A stretch of DNA of 64,000 bases from Trichinella spiralis. Lineage: Eukaryota. Positions 36,322-54,358 of the stretch are shown here, piece after piece. The stretch spans positions 1,607,647 to 1,671,646 of the forward strand of contig NW_003526943.1 in NCBI RefSeq assembly GCF_000181795.1. Reading direction: 5' to 3'. Each line of letters opens with the position of its first letter. The stretch's first letter is position 1. The notes under the pieces were generated by a model. It searched no databases. It was not told the origin of the DNA and worked only from the letters and a program-made list of their open reading frames with translations. Both the position numbers and the translations under genes were made by a program.

Positions 36322-38667
36322 CTAAATTTTCCATCGCTTGGCGGCAGCTTCGCATTTCACACAGGATTGCACAGTGGGTGACAAATTCAAACTCGGTATT
36401 TGCGCCTGTAAAAAACTGATAGATATTTAAAATCACTTGATAAAATTAACAATTAAAACTACAAACCTGCATCTGGCTTAGAAAATCATCCATTTCAGAC
36501 TCCACGGCAAAACTTAACAACATCTGCGTAACACTCTCGGCTCCTTCTTCTACAATATCCTGAAAAGAGAGATGGAAAAGAAAATTATTCAAAAAACAAA
36601 TCCAAGCTGCTATATTGTAAAACTTGCCATCAAAATACAAGCGAATTTGGAACATTTGTACAAACAACGAATTTCATCAAACGAAACAATGCAAAGTGTT
36701 CGAACAAAGTTGACGGTGCTGCTTTCTTGTCCAAAAAACAAATAATTATCAGTAATAAGAGCACAACACGCCACCAAATCATGTTCATTTGATCCAACAG
36801 TTTCCTGAAAAAAAATTTATCAGATGCATTTATAAAAAATCCAATAATAATAATAATAATAAATCAAGCAAAACCCCCTCAGAAATGCAATGCAAAATAG
36901 CGTTCATCCATTGCATTGCTTCGTGTTTCGTCGCGCAAGCAATTTGTATTGTTCCTGAATCGACAGAAAGAAGCATCTCGAAAGCGAATTCGTAATCATC
37001 TAATTCCACCTCCCTGCAACCGGACACGTCTTCTCTTTATAAATAGATATTTTGAAAAAAAAGAAATTATCAAAAAGAAAAAAACATCAATATAATAATT
37101 ACTTGAACAATGGAACTTACTTTAGATTATAAACGCGTTTCCCAACCTTGCAGCTGGAATCTTCAAATCTGTACAACTTTTGACCTCTGGAAAATTGAAT
37201 TGTGGAAAAATTAATTGAATAAAAAATTCATACAACAATTCACCACACCTCAGCAAAAAATAATCTTGAACCCATTCAGCAGGCTTTTGCCAAACCCGTA
37301 ATTTGGCCATTTCTCTCACGTAAAGGTAACCACTGCGTCCAAGAGTGGACACAATTGAAGAAGCGTTGTCCACTTTGGGACACCAATAAATCAGCGAATA
37401 ATGATGTATAGACAGTGGTGTCTAGAAAAAGTCGTGAAATCCCCTAAACTTCGTGAACAGTTTTCATTTTCATGCAAATTACCGAAGACAGTTCATTGGT
37501 CATCCACTTGGTCAAAGTCACTTTTTGTGAATTGGCATCGATTACAATGCTCGGTGAAACATCTTGGCTAGATTTCTGACGTCGGATGGTAACTTCCAAA
37601 GCGGAAATTATTGTTCTAAAAAAGAAGCACTTGTACAGTCAATGTCCTGTTTTTTAAGCATTAATCATTAATGTGTTGTGCTAATAAACAAAAATATTAG
37701 TTTTTATAAAATTCTAAAAAAACAAATTTACAAAATAAACTTAAGAAAATAAAAATTTTCATAAAATAAATAAATAATGTTTGCCTGGTCACTTGATGAC
37801 TACAAGTGCAGATGATGAACGGCTCTTTACGTTCACGAAAATAAAATGAAAACAGTTGCGAGTTCAGACCGACCGAAATGTAATCAATGCTGCTCAAAGG
37901 TGCACCAAATTCAGCTAAAAAGCGCTGCTGCGTTTCCGTATCCGACACCCGACTGACCAAATAAACAGCTCTGTTACTCAGCACCAAATAACGAACAGCC
38001 GATGTACCCTTGTTATGATCAAAATATACACGAAACATCTACAGAAAATAATTTAAATTTTTCAAGTAAAATAAATTTGCACTATTTTAGAGGAAGAAAT
38101 AAATCAATGCCCGTCTTTCCAAATTATAAAATCAATATATACTTTGTAAAATTGTTCGTCACTTTCGGTAAAAATGTGAACAGCCAATTCAACAATTTCA
38201 CCACTTTCCAACCTGAATAAAACTTATGCATTGGAAAATAATGACAATAAGTAAAAATTATTACATCACTTCACCATCTTGTAAATTCGCCATCTTCACA
38301 TTTGCCACCGCTTCCCCCGTGTGATTCAGCAGATTCGTCCGATTTTGCTCATCTGCCCCTTGATTCTTTTCACAACTGCTTCCACTGAAACTATCCGAAT
38401 ATGTAGTCAGCACATCCGAGACACTTTCCAAATGATCCCATATTTGACGTTCGAAATCGCTTCGTCTTGGAGTGGAATTGTTCTCCAATTCTGCAACTGG
38501 TGAATGCTGACCACTGTTCCCTTTCACCAGTGGTGAAGCAATTTCCGTTGCTGTGCAATCATCATCATCATCCGACGATGTCTCACTTTTACACTGACTT
38601 TCCAAATAATCAAACGCCATCTGAATTGCCATCTCATCATCAACAATGTCAACATTTCTTAAAACAT

Positions 38668-38708
<41 letters not shown>

Positions 38709-40843
38709 TGTTCCAAATATTATTTCAATAATACATAACACAGTAATTTTTTTTGTTTTCACTAACTCTGCATTCTCGGTACTATTCCATCTGTAAGATG
38801 AACCATGTTGAGTTTCATCTGCATCTTCTAATCGTTTGCTTCGTACTGATTCATCAGCGATGTTCATCTTCTCTTGAAATGATGAAATACTGAGTGGTGA
38901 AGGGCAAAATGGAAATTGATCTTCGCCACTACGCAAATGATTCTCCTCTTGAGACTCTTCTTCAATAACCGGGGCTGAAATTTTCACCTTAGTTCTACGC
39001 AGCTCAGTGGACACTTCGTCCTGTGTCGAAGAGCAACCATTTTCCAAAATGTACAACAGCGCATCTTCACAAATCTCGAAACTGTTCACAGTTGCATCTT
39101 CCGATGACCATTGTGCATCTTTGACGGTAATTTCTTGGGATAGTGATTCTTTTTGCAAAGCAACTGGACGAAAAGAATTTCGCTTGCTAATATTGTTCGC
39201 TTCGTTGGATGAATCAATTTTTCGCCCACGAATGCACAAATTTCCCGATTCACTTTCCTTATTCGAAGCCCAACTTCCCATTTCTGATGCCTGAAAAGCG
39301 AAAAATATGATGACGCAAAAATTTTTTTTAATATCGAACCGACCTCATCGAACAAAATTCCTTCAAGTTTCTGCATTTCGTTGAACATTCTGTCAAGAAC
39401 CTAAAATAATTTTAAAAAATATTGTTTTTTATTCAAACAATATTGATCACGTTTGCAAAAGTAGCTTATTTACTAGATCGTCTAAAATTGGAGCACCTTT
39501 ACAGTAAAATAGTTGCCTCCACTTTCTCGAAGATGAGAAACTTTTCAGTTGCCAAATTAAACTTCCATCAGCTAGAGATGAGCAAAGCCACAAGCGCACT
39601 ATAGTAAAAGTTCTGAATCACTAAAAGCTATTTCAAATTAACTGCTTATACAATGAAATAACAATAAATCGATCACAAAGCAAATCACAAATAAAAAAAT
39701 TATTATTCTCAATAAGTTGACTATTAAACTTTCGTAAAATTAAATTATAATAAAAAAATTAACAAATTATAATTTTCTATATATATATATATACATATAC
39801 ATATATAATTAAATAAACAATTATTCTACAAAAAGAAATAAATCAAGTAGTAACATTAATATCATCAACATATACTGCACATCACCATCAAAATATGCAT
39901 GCACATAATTATAAGTTGTTCACAATTTCATACCAATTTTTTCAATCTGACAGATGTGTTTGTATAATTTGCAAAAATTTTTCAGCATAATAATTGCCAA
40001 TTTCAAAGTATTTTCGTTAAAAATGGTTTAGTATTGCAAAAAATTAATTTAAGTGAGTCATTTATTGTTACCAAAATAATCATCCAGAGCAAAAAGCTTT
40101 TCGCACTTATCTACATGTTAAAATAAAGCAAAAATCATGCAAAGAGGCTTTCAGTTGTCATAACACAATTAAAAACAGTTTTAATACATTGAAAAAAAAT
40201 ATACTCCCTTACTACTGCATTTAGCAAAGTAAAAAACTCAGTTCGGTAAAAACAATAATAAATTCACTTATATTTTATTTTAAAACAGCTCGTATTGAAT
40301 TTCCATTGAAATTCTCAAAAATTTTATTCAAAGCAACAAAATGAATGTAGTATATACCTCTATCAGTTCTACATTTTATTTTAGACAAACCAATCAGCTG
40401 ATACCTAGGAATAAACTGACGCACAAAAGGCCAATATGTTTCGTCAGGATTCCTTAATCTGAAAACAAACATATCCATTAAATAAGAATAAAAAGGCAGT
40501 CTTGCTAGCGTAAATAATGTTTCGATGTTTAATTTGATTTCACTTACCCTGTCGATAAAAATAAATTTAACCCACGAATTAATTCTAAGACGTGCACATT
40601 GTGAAAAGATAAACGATGATTCTCACAAGATGAGGAACATGCAGCAGATTTGTGAACCTTAAATAGGAAATAAATGCAATATGTTTCGTAAAAAAATAAA
40701 TCATCCATTACTTCATTTATGGAATCGAAAATAAACTTCTGCAATTTTTCACTACATGAATATTCTTCTGTCAATAATTGCGCATCATTTGAATCAAAAA
40801 TTAAAGAATGGATATCAATTTTAACGGGTGGATGAACAAACAT
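36322..40843 (-). CDS. RUN- and PH-domain protein, PLEKHM2/SKIP-like (multi-exon span)
   Basis: N-terminal RUN-like exons (LRNPDETYWPFVRQF; VRLWLCSSLADGSL...RQLFYCKGAPILDD), acidic S/E-rich linker, RYLVLSNRAVYL...IDYISVGLNSQ, and PH-like GYLYVRE...WVQDYFLLR...EAMQWMNAI. Confidence 0.72.
38672..38704. repeat. (AT)n microsatellite, intronic
   Basis: Uninterrupted AT run inside a PLEKHM2-like intron. Confidence 0.9.
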
Positions 40844-41608
40844 GGTAAAAAAAAATAAAATACTAAATTATTTGTGCCATTCAATACATGCCGCATAACA
40901 GTTGCCAGTCACGTTACAGTATCACTATATAATCATTAAGTAAACTGCTTCAATAATTACTGTATTTGCGTGTATAATATTCACAATTGCTGTATTTGAT
41001 AGAAATGAACAGGCAGAGTTAACCTGACCATTTTCAGTATATACTGAAGAAATTGAATAATATTATTTCTAACAATTTTTTTCTTTCAGAAAAAGTAAAC
41101 AGTTTTTTTAAAAAAATTTTGCAAACATATGGATGTACTTTACAAAATGAGATTTCATATGATATTTCAAGCTAATTCCATATGCTTTTTGAGTAAAACT
41201 GCTTCATCCATTCAAAAATTTTTATACTTTTTATCTATTAATATATTCAAACTTTTTATAATATAAGTAAAAAGTAATTGTTTAATTTATATAAAAAATC
41301 ATCTTCTTTGCAAAATTATGGTTTTTTAACTTTAATAATAACTTTATGTATATAAAATTATTAATTTTTTGCTCATAAATAAATAATGATACTTTGATAC
41401 TTCGAGAATTATAACTTGATTTTCCTCAAAATTTTGTACAAACTGAAATGCTTTCATACTTGTATTTATTTATTTATTTTAAGGGATTTACTGTTTGAAC
41501 GTTGGATAGTTGTTTTATGCGATAAAATTAGAAGCATTTGCTTCACTGTTGTTGTTTTTTAATCGTTAATAAAATTTTATGTCGTTTAATGTGAAAATTT
41601 ATCTACAG

Positions 41609-42743
41609 ATGAATGTTCATGGAAGTTCGCAAATAACGAATCCATTGCACATTCAATGGAACCCACCGTGGAATCCAAATTGGTTAAGTGCTTCAAACGT
41701 ACTGGACTGCTTCACCAATACATTAAATCCTTTCTACGATCCGAATTGTTTAAATGAGCAAGTCAGAATTCAGCGCTTGTCAAGTGAAATACTGAGGTTA
41801 CTTTTATAATTTACAAAAATTACATTAATATTTAATAACTTTTTTTTGAAATTCTTTTCTAGCCGTGTTCATGGAGTGGAATACATTCTTTTACACGCAG
41901 CAGAACCATTGTTTGTTATTCGAAAGCAATACCGTCAACCTAACCAAAATGGTAATGAATAATTTTTTTGCTTTGTAAATCTTTCATGGATTTTGTGAAT
42001 TTAAACTTTTATGAAATTAAAAAATTAGCAATAGTAAGTAAATGGTGGCATCACCTTATTTCAAGGGCTTTTTGTTTTATAAAAACCTGATTGATGTTAT
42101 TGCGATTCTTTGTTATAAATTTTAAATTTCTGTAGTAACTCCTTTGGAGGATTATTATATCATTGGTGGAACAGTGTATCAAGCTCCAGACTTATCCTCT
42201 GTTTTCAACTCTCGATTGCAATCTGCAATCAGCAATGTACGATCAGCATTTGAAGAAGGTATCCGTTTCTTCAGTTATTTCAATGCAAAAGTGACTTGCG
42301 ACTGTTTTTGCATTATAGCAAAATCCTATTACCGCTTTAATACTTCAGATGGATATTACTTTCAGTACAAAAATGAACCACCTGTAGAAAAGGGTAAGTT
42401 GTTTTATTAATTTTTATAGTATTAATTATAAATTTCAGTAGATACAAAGAAAGATGATAAAACAGGTGATGATAAGCGCGTAAGCGTTTTTCAAAAGTAT
42501 CGTATGGATATGCTGTTGAATGAGTTGTCCGAAAAGTTTCCTCCGGCACTTTCGCTTGAAGAATCAAACGAAAATACCCAAGATGGGAAAATGACATCAA
42601 GTTGGTTAGCACATCATCATTGTATTATTTTTTATTTTGCTTTTACAGATGAGGAACCCCAAACAAGTGCACAAAGCAAAAATGATCAAATGGAGTCACC
42701 AGCTTTACCAGCTTCAAAAAAAATCAAATCGGATATGAATTGA
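41609..42743 (+). CDS. MED6: Mediator subunit 6 (multi-exon span)
   Basis: NPLHIQW, NVLDCF..NPFYDPNCLNEQVRIQ, GVEYILLHAAEPLFVIRKQ, PLEDYYIIGGTVYQAPDL, FQKYRMDMLLNELSEKFPP. Confidence 0.95.
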
Positions 42744-43122
42744 TCTAAATTTTAAAATACTGAGATATTATTAGATAACGCTTTTATTTTTAAGAACTTT
42801 AATTTTAAATATTGCCGAAAATTTAAGGAAATGAAGTTGAATATAGTCGTAAATAAAAAAACAAAATTACAGTATGCTCTTCTGAAATTTGCATTTGAAA
42901 ATGAAACCGCGATATTTGAAGAATCAAAATTTTTGCTTGCATAAATTACTTTTCATGTTACGTATGTTGAACATCGTACTTTAAAGTTTCATAACTTTTT
43001 TTCTATATTTAATGATAAAACTTTAAGCATTTGCATTACTGTAATTTTACAATAATACTTAATTGTCTAATTAGAAGGGACTGTGGTAGGATTTTCTTGT
43101 TGGAAATAGAAGTTCACTTTTG

Positions 43123-43314
43123 ATGTCAGACAAGAAGGGGACTCAAGCACCTGCTGAAACCGTTCAGTCTGATAAAAAGCCAAAACCTTGTTGTGCTTGT
43201 CCGGAAACAAGAAAAGCACGTGACGAGTGTATTGTTGAAAAAGGTCCTGATAGTTGCAAGGAATTAATTGAAGCTCATCGACGTTGCATGAAGCAGTTTG
43301 GCTTTGAAATCTGA
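43123..43314 (+). CDS. COX17: Cytochrome c oxidase copper chaperone (63 aa, intronless)
   Basis: [47 protein letters not shown] copper site and twin CX9C. Confidence 0.97.
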   Translation: MSDKKGTQAPAETVQSDKKPKPCCACPETRKARDECIVEKGPDSCKELIEAHRRCMKQFGFEI

Positions 43315-43328
43315 TTTGTACGCCGAAT

Positions 43329-44039
43329 ATGACTTCTGATAATTCGACGAAAGATTGCGAATTAAGCATTGCTAGAAGCGAATTAACACATTTGGACATA
43401 TCCGTCAAACAGTTGATTCGATATATTCGAGGTTTCGAAGGCTCCAATTCGGACTTGGAACGTCTGTGCCTTCATTGCCGAGCTGACATATTTGCCATGG
43501 AACAACTTCTTGAAGATTATAAGCAAGTGTTGATGTTGAACAAAATCAGTGATTCTGACGCGGAAGAATTCAGATTTGTGACAACTTATAGAATTGAACT
43601 GGAAAACAATATTCAAAGTTTAAGGGAAGCAATCCTTGTTGCTTCGCAGAATGCAGATAATTACGAACGAGAACTCCTATTTTCGCGATATAATGATGAT
43701 GCATGTACTGAAATTTTAAGAAAGCGAAGGATTAATGAGAAGAAGCGAAATGTGAGTGAGGCGAGACAGTTGCAATCTAGTTTAACATCACTGTTGGACA
43801 AAATGAATGATACTGTTCAACAAAGCGAATTAACGTTGAACAAATTAACTGCGTCTTCGACTGCACTCCGCGATGCTACATATGAAATGCACGGAATGTC
43901 ATCATTGATTCACACATCTGGAAAGCTTTTGAAAAAATATAAACGAAGACAATTTAGTGATCGTTTTATAATTTTCCTATGCTTCGGTATTTTTCTGCTT
44001 AGTGCAGCCTACATTGTGAAAATTAGACTTTGGAAATAA
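43329..44039 (+). CDS. SEC20: ER SNARE Sec20/BNIP1 (236 aa, intronless)
   Basis: Helical N-terminus, ERELLF..LRKRR, SNARE-like segment QQSELTLNKLTASSTALRDATYEM...SGKLLKKYKRRQFSDR, and a C-terminal TM FIIFLCFGIFLLSAAYIVKIRL. Confidence 0.88.
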   Translation: MTSDNSTKDCELSIARSELTHLDISVKQLIRYIRGFEGSNSDLERLCLHCRADIFAMEQLLEDYKQVLMLNKISDSDAEEFRFVTTYRIELENNIQSLREAILVASQNADNYERELLFSRYNDDACTEILRKRRINEKKRNVSEARQLQSSLTSLLDKMNDTVQQSELTLNKLTASSTALRDATYEMHGMSSLIHTSGKLLKKYKRRQFSDRFIIFLCFGIFLLSAAYIVKIRLWK

Positions 44040-44253
44040 AACTTTTTTCGCATGGCAAATTCGGTTGTAATTTAAAAATATCTTTACTGTTATTCTGCAT
44101 AATACAATTTGTTACTTAGTATATATAAAACTAGCCCATGCCTAAATAGTACATTAATGTCGATTTCACTGAAAAGAAATTCGAATTTAAAATGCATTTT
44201 ATTATTAAATCCTTATAATTAACATCACATAATAATACTATTTAACGGTTATA

Positions 44254-45112
44254 TTATAGCGCAAAATTTCGGCTCAGTGGAAGCCTATTATAATTCGGGG
44301 GATAAATTGCCACATCGATATAGTCGCCAATTTCGAATTCCAAGTCTCCCAACATTTTACCATCATCTTCTCCAGGCTTACCAGCTGTCACACTTCCAAT
44401 ATCTCTCATTCTATACATAAGTCCTCGATAGTCTGGATACGCTGTAAAAACTGTTACTTAAATTTGTAGTTTTAAAAAGCAGCATAAAAATTACCAATAG
44501 CATAATCATATCTAGTTCCACGCTGTCTTGTTTCGGGTATAGCTTCACGAATTAAATCGCTTAATTCACCTAATGTACAATCTCGCCTAAAATAAAACTG
44601 TGCTACATACTTTATGTCTGCATGCTCTCTGCTTCAATAAATACCATGTGTATATCTGCACTTCGCTAGGTGGTAAGGAGTTTCTAGTGTAATCACGACA
44701 ATAATTATGCCGTCCAATCGATGTAAAAACTCGCAATAAAAACGGGCATATCTAAATAAAAAATAAACATACATAACGAACAGAAAATCTGATTCAATCA
44801 TAAAACAAATAATACATGGTTGTTCCCAAACAATAGCAAAACTGCTACCCTTTACAACAGTATAAATATAATAACAACAGAAGAATCGAATCGAACTGAA
44901 AAAGCATTCTAAGGCAACTTTCAAAATTTCTGATTAAAGTATTTTTCAATTTAACAAAATCATGATTCAATACAACGGTTTTCCAACCTTCAGTCAAATA
45001 AACAGTAAATTTCAAAATTTTACTTTTAAATCAAACATACTTTCTCTCTGTCTGATAACTTTGTATCAATCTTAGATGCAGTATCACTAGGATTCGGGTA
45101 ATTTGCAATCAT
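44254..45112 (-). CDS. SAP18: Sin3-associated protein 18 (4 exons)
   Basis: DREK/ICPFLLRVF, EVQIYTW/RDCTLGELSDLIRE, YRMRDIGSV..G..GEDD...FEIGDYIDVAIYPP. Confidence 0.95.
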
Positions 45113-45851
45113 TTTGTTCAAAAAACATCAAAATAAGAATACAAACACGTTTGACATAGAACAGGAACAGTAAGAAATGATAAGCAGGTATTAATGACTA
45201 CTATTAATTCTCTAAATTATGCAAATAAGTAAAATCATTTATAAAAACTTAAATATATTCATAATTTATTAGATATTATTGTCCATTTAATTAGGGCTAG
45301 AAAATAGCATCTAATTATTTTATTTGAGAAAAACTTTTTATGATGTAACTAGCAAATTTAAAATTTGCATATCAGTTTTTCCAAAACCACAAGCTCTCTA
45401 AACATTTATTCTGATGAGTTCGTTTGAAACTTGTTCAAAATAGAATTTATTTCGTGTGACTCAATGCTAACTTCTGCTTTCTAGATGATACTAAAACACA
45501 ACGTTCCAAAAGTTTCACAGTGTTCTACTCATACGATTTGAAATTCTGACATAGTTTCAGAAATTATTTTGCATACAAAAACTTTCACTAAATAAGTAAC
45601 AATAACTCAGACAACTGAGCAATACACAACTTTATGTTAAAATTTTTTGATATTATTTTTTCTATACATCTAATCTCAATCTTTATCTAAATCATAAAAA
45701 GCAAGCAACGCGAAGCAAGACAACATCATCCTAAAATTTGTTAACAATTAAAACAAAGCTATTTATTTCCTGAAAACATTTACAACATTGAGTAATATTA
45801 TTAATCGCTTTTCCGCATTTTCGCAAATACGTTATTGTAATATTGACAATT

Positions 45852-47200
45852 CTAACGACGCCGCCTTCTACTGGGAGTAGAGACTTTTGATGCAGAAAAC
45901 AATGGACCTCCGAACGTAAACACGGGATTTTGAATTGCTAAAAACAAAATTAATAAATTATTCGTAAAAATTAAAACAGATATAAACATTATTTTATGAA
46001 ACTGAAAGAAACAAAAATCATAAAGTAAGGAAGTTATGCATACTTCCAATCGTTGGGTTAGCGCCTGTGTTGCATCCCGCATTCGGCGTTAAGGTAGAAT
46101 TTGAGGCAGTAGTCGAATCTAATATGAACATTTTAAGTTAGAAAACTTACATAAAAATTAAATATACATAATTTTTCATTTTATTTAATACAAACATGCC
46201 AAAATATATGTTAACTTAATGAAATTAATGTCTCACTTGGTAATGAAGTTGAAGCTCCAAAACGAAACCCAGACGTTGGAAACTGAGAGTTGGTAAAATT
46301 AAAATTAGTAGAAATGATTGGAGAGCTGAATATTGTAGTGGAAGTCGTAAAAGGCACAATACTAGCAGAAGTAGAGGACAATGAAAGACTCACTGCTGCA
46401 CTGCCAAAACAAAATGGCATTGGAGCGCTTGATGCAGCATGTGAAACACCAAGCTGAAATTAAAAATGTCGTAAAAATCGTTTGAATGTAGTTTTTAATA
46501 TTTACAGAAGGTGTAACAGATGTGGTTACAGTAGTAAATGCGGACGTGGAACAATTTGACACTTGTTCAGAAACTGTAGTCCCATTTGTTGCCAAAAATG
46601 AGTTCAGCTGGAATGGTTTTTCAGGATCACTATCTTTCTGAGCTACAACAGCAGAGTCAAGCTGAGAAGGCTTAACTTCACTTAAACCATTCTCAGAAAC
46701 ATCATCTCCACTTAGTTTAACTGTTTTATCAAGAAGCGGCTTTTTCGCTTCTGATGCACACATGTCATCCACAATATCTATACGACCTTCTTTTAAAAAT
46801 GGCCAAAGATTATATTTTTTAAAATTATCAGAGAAAGATTGATGTGGTCTTTTCCGACTGGATCCTTTCAGAAGATGGTTAAATGCCTGCTGTGAGGTCT
46901 CATCAATGACCTTAGAAAACTGCTTTGGTGATGGAGACCTCGAAGACTGAAATTAAATTAAATTTATTAAACAAAAAATAAAATCAAACTACAAATTTAT
47001 CCAACCCGGCATGATCTGGGACTGCTAAAAACGGGTAATTTTAAGCGAACAGAAGTACACAATTTACGAGTGGCATTTTTCTGTTGAATTTTCAACGTGC
47101 TACTATTCAACTTTGAAGAAGCGGGTGATTTCGATCTAGATCGACTCTTTATTATCCGTTTTTCTAACCGGCTTTTATTACAGCAGCCACTGGGCGTCAT
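45852..47200 (-). CDS. S/T-rich low-complexity protein with FxFG-like motifs; possible divergent Nup153/Pom121-type nucleoporin
   Basis: Basic N-terminus and NLS-like RKRPH and EAKKP; PFCFGS, GFRFGAS and VFTFGGPLFSA motifs in an S/T-rich tract; C-terminal RRRRR*. The exon model is uncertain. Confidence 0.5.
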
Positions 47201-48906
47201 TTTAGCTAATACCTATGAATAATAAATACACTTAACACAATTTTTTGAAAATAAAGCATCTTTGTTGCTGCTAACAACGGCATCTTTGATCTGGAATTTT
47301 CAACATTTTAATGAAAAATAGAAGAGAACTGCTTAGAAAGTAAATAAGATTGGTGTTTAAAAAATATATACTATAATGATAATAATAACAATTATCATTA
47401 AAATCATAAAATAACAAGAGCAAGACATTTCACAAATTAAAATATTTAAATAATTTTCTAACTTTAATTAACAGTCAAACTGTTAAACGAATAATTTTCA
47501 ATGCATGAATCTCAATTTTTTATATAAACAAAAATAACACAAAAAAATAGAATGACGTTAAAATAAACACAGATAGCAATATAACAAAGCTTTATATAAA
47601 CGTAAACCTCTCAATCAGTTAAAAACACATTTCAGAGATATAAAATTCACATGCAATGTCTAATATAAAACATTAAAAAAACATATGTCTATCTTTAAAA
47701 TTATAAAGAGCTTAGTATAATAAAGTGGCATCATTAAATAATAACAACATATTAGGCCTCGATCGTAAGCTGCACATTACCAAATTTCGAAATGATCTGC
47801 CGCAAACAGAATGTAGCTGTAAAACTGAATAAATTTAAAATGTATGTGAATATACTTTGCATATAAATAAATAATAAGTTATGCTGAATCGATTTGAAAT
47901 TTTCTAAACTTTTACATGGCCAAATATTTAAAATAGGAAAGATACTGTAATATAAAAAAGTACAATTTTTATTGAAGTTGAAAGATTTAATAAAATTTCG
48001 GTTTGATTTAATAAAAAAATATTTAATATGAATCTGTAGAAGTCAAAGGTTAAAGTCAAAGCTCAAACAAACTGTTATAACAACTCTTTGATATAATGTT
48101 TTTGTTACTTTCATATTTAGGTAAAAATATTTCTTAATTTTTCTTAATGTTGTCTATAATGATAATGTCATGTCACTTAATAATGATGCTTTAGTTGTAT
48201 AAAAATTATGTCAATCATTTATGGAACAAACCTGCTTAAATACACGAAAGTAACTATTTTCTATTAATTTTTTTCATTCAAATTAATATCTTTTAATTAT
48301 AAAAGAATCTCCTAAAACATTATTTGTCATTTTTATTTAAAAATTAAAAATTCAATTTAGAAGTTTGACATTTATTTTTCTAGAACCTCCAGCATACGAC
48401 AATTCGAATTAAATTGAGCATTTATGATAAAGCCTGATCCAAATGTTATACTGTACTTATATACTGTAATGCTTGTATTATTTTTTGCTCATTTTATGTT
48501 TGTTATTCTATAAAAAATTTATTTTCAACAGATTTTATTTTATGTAAAATTTCACTTATTTATTTAATTGTAAGTTGAAATTGTAAATTATGTCAAATTA
48601 TGTTTGTTATTGAGCAGATTATTATGTTAATAAAATTTAAACATAAGTTCATTTATCAATATAAGTTTGCATTTTCTTATTATGAATAATTTTATGAGTA
48701 TCCTAACGTTTTTTAAACATATACTCCTGTTAACGTTTTGCGCACATTTATTTATATTTCAGAAAGTATTTTCGAACAGAAATGTTTAACATTTCTTAAA
48801 TTATGACAATGTTGCATAATAGTGCAAGTTGTATAATTTTTTGCGCTTTCTGATTGTATTTTAATATTAATATTTATTTATTTTACGATAATTTTGTAGT
48901 TCTGAA

Positions 48907-53687
<4,781 letters not shown>

Positions 53688-54358
53688 ATTGGTTGGTGAA
53701 ATGGAAGTTTTGTTTCATTCGAGGAAGCATTGTGTGTGTTCATCGTATCAGGCCAGATAATAATAGAAGAGATTTGTTTTTGTTTTTTCTTTAATGAGAT
53801 TTGAGCGTTGTTTCAAATTGAATTGAGAATTGATTGCACAATATTTGTTCACTACTGATGTTTAAAATCTAACCGATAATCTTTCCTTGAAAAGTGTATA
53901 TTTATTAAAAACTTTTTCCCTCTCAATAATTACTGTTTAATAAGGCGACAAATTTGCACTTTGGTGAATTTGTCCTGTTTGCATGTTGAAGTTCGATAAC
54001 GGTGCAAAAGCATCATCATTGATTATCGAAGGGGATGCTAATTTTTGGAAAAGAAAAGAAAAAGATATTGTAAAGTTTTCAATTTGCATAACATAAATTG
54101 TGCTGAACTGAACAGGGGCAAATGATCACAGTGTCAGTTAGCAGTATAAGTACGCGCCGTGTGGCAAGTTTTCGTGACACACCCATCGCTCGTGTTGATG
54201 ATCCATTGCATTGGAAATTATTTTTGTTTTCTTTTTTTATTTCTTTTAGATTATTTTCCACTACTGTTTGTAAAAGATGACGTGGTGGAATATTTTTTGA
54301 ACTTGCAGTTGAAAAAAAAGCGAATATTACATATATTATTGATACGATCGAAGAAGTG

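Noticed and set aside
42259..42318. MED6 intron starting GTATCCGT (U12-like)
   Set aside because: Mismatch to GTATCCTT and no TCCTTAAC branch point; treated as an ordinary U2 intron.
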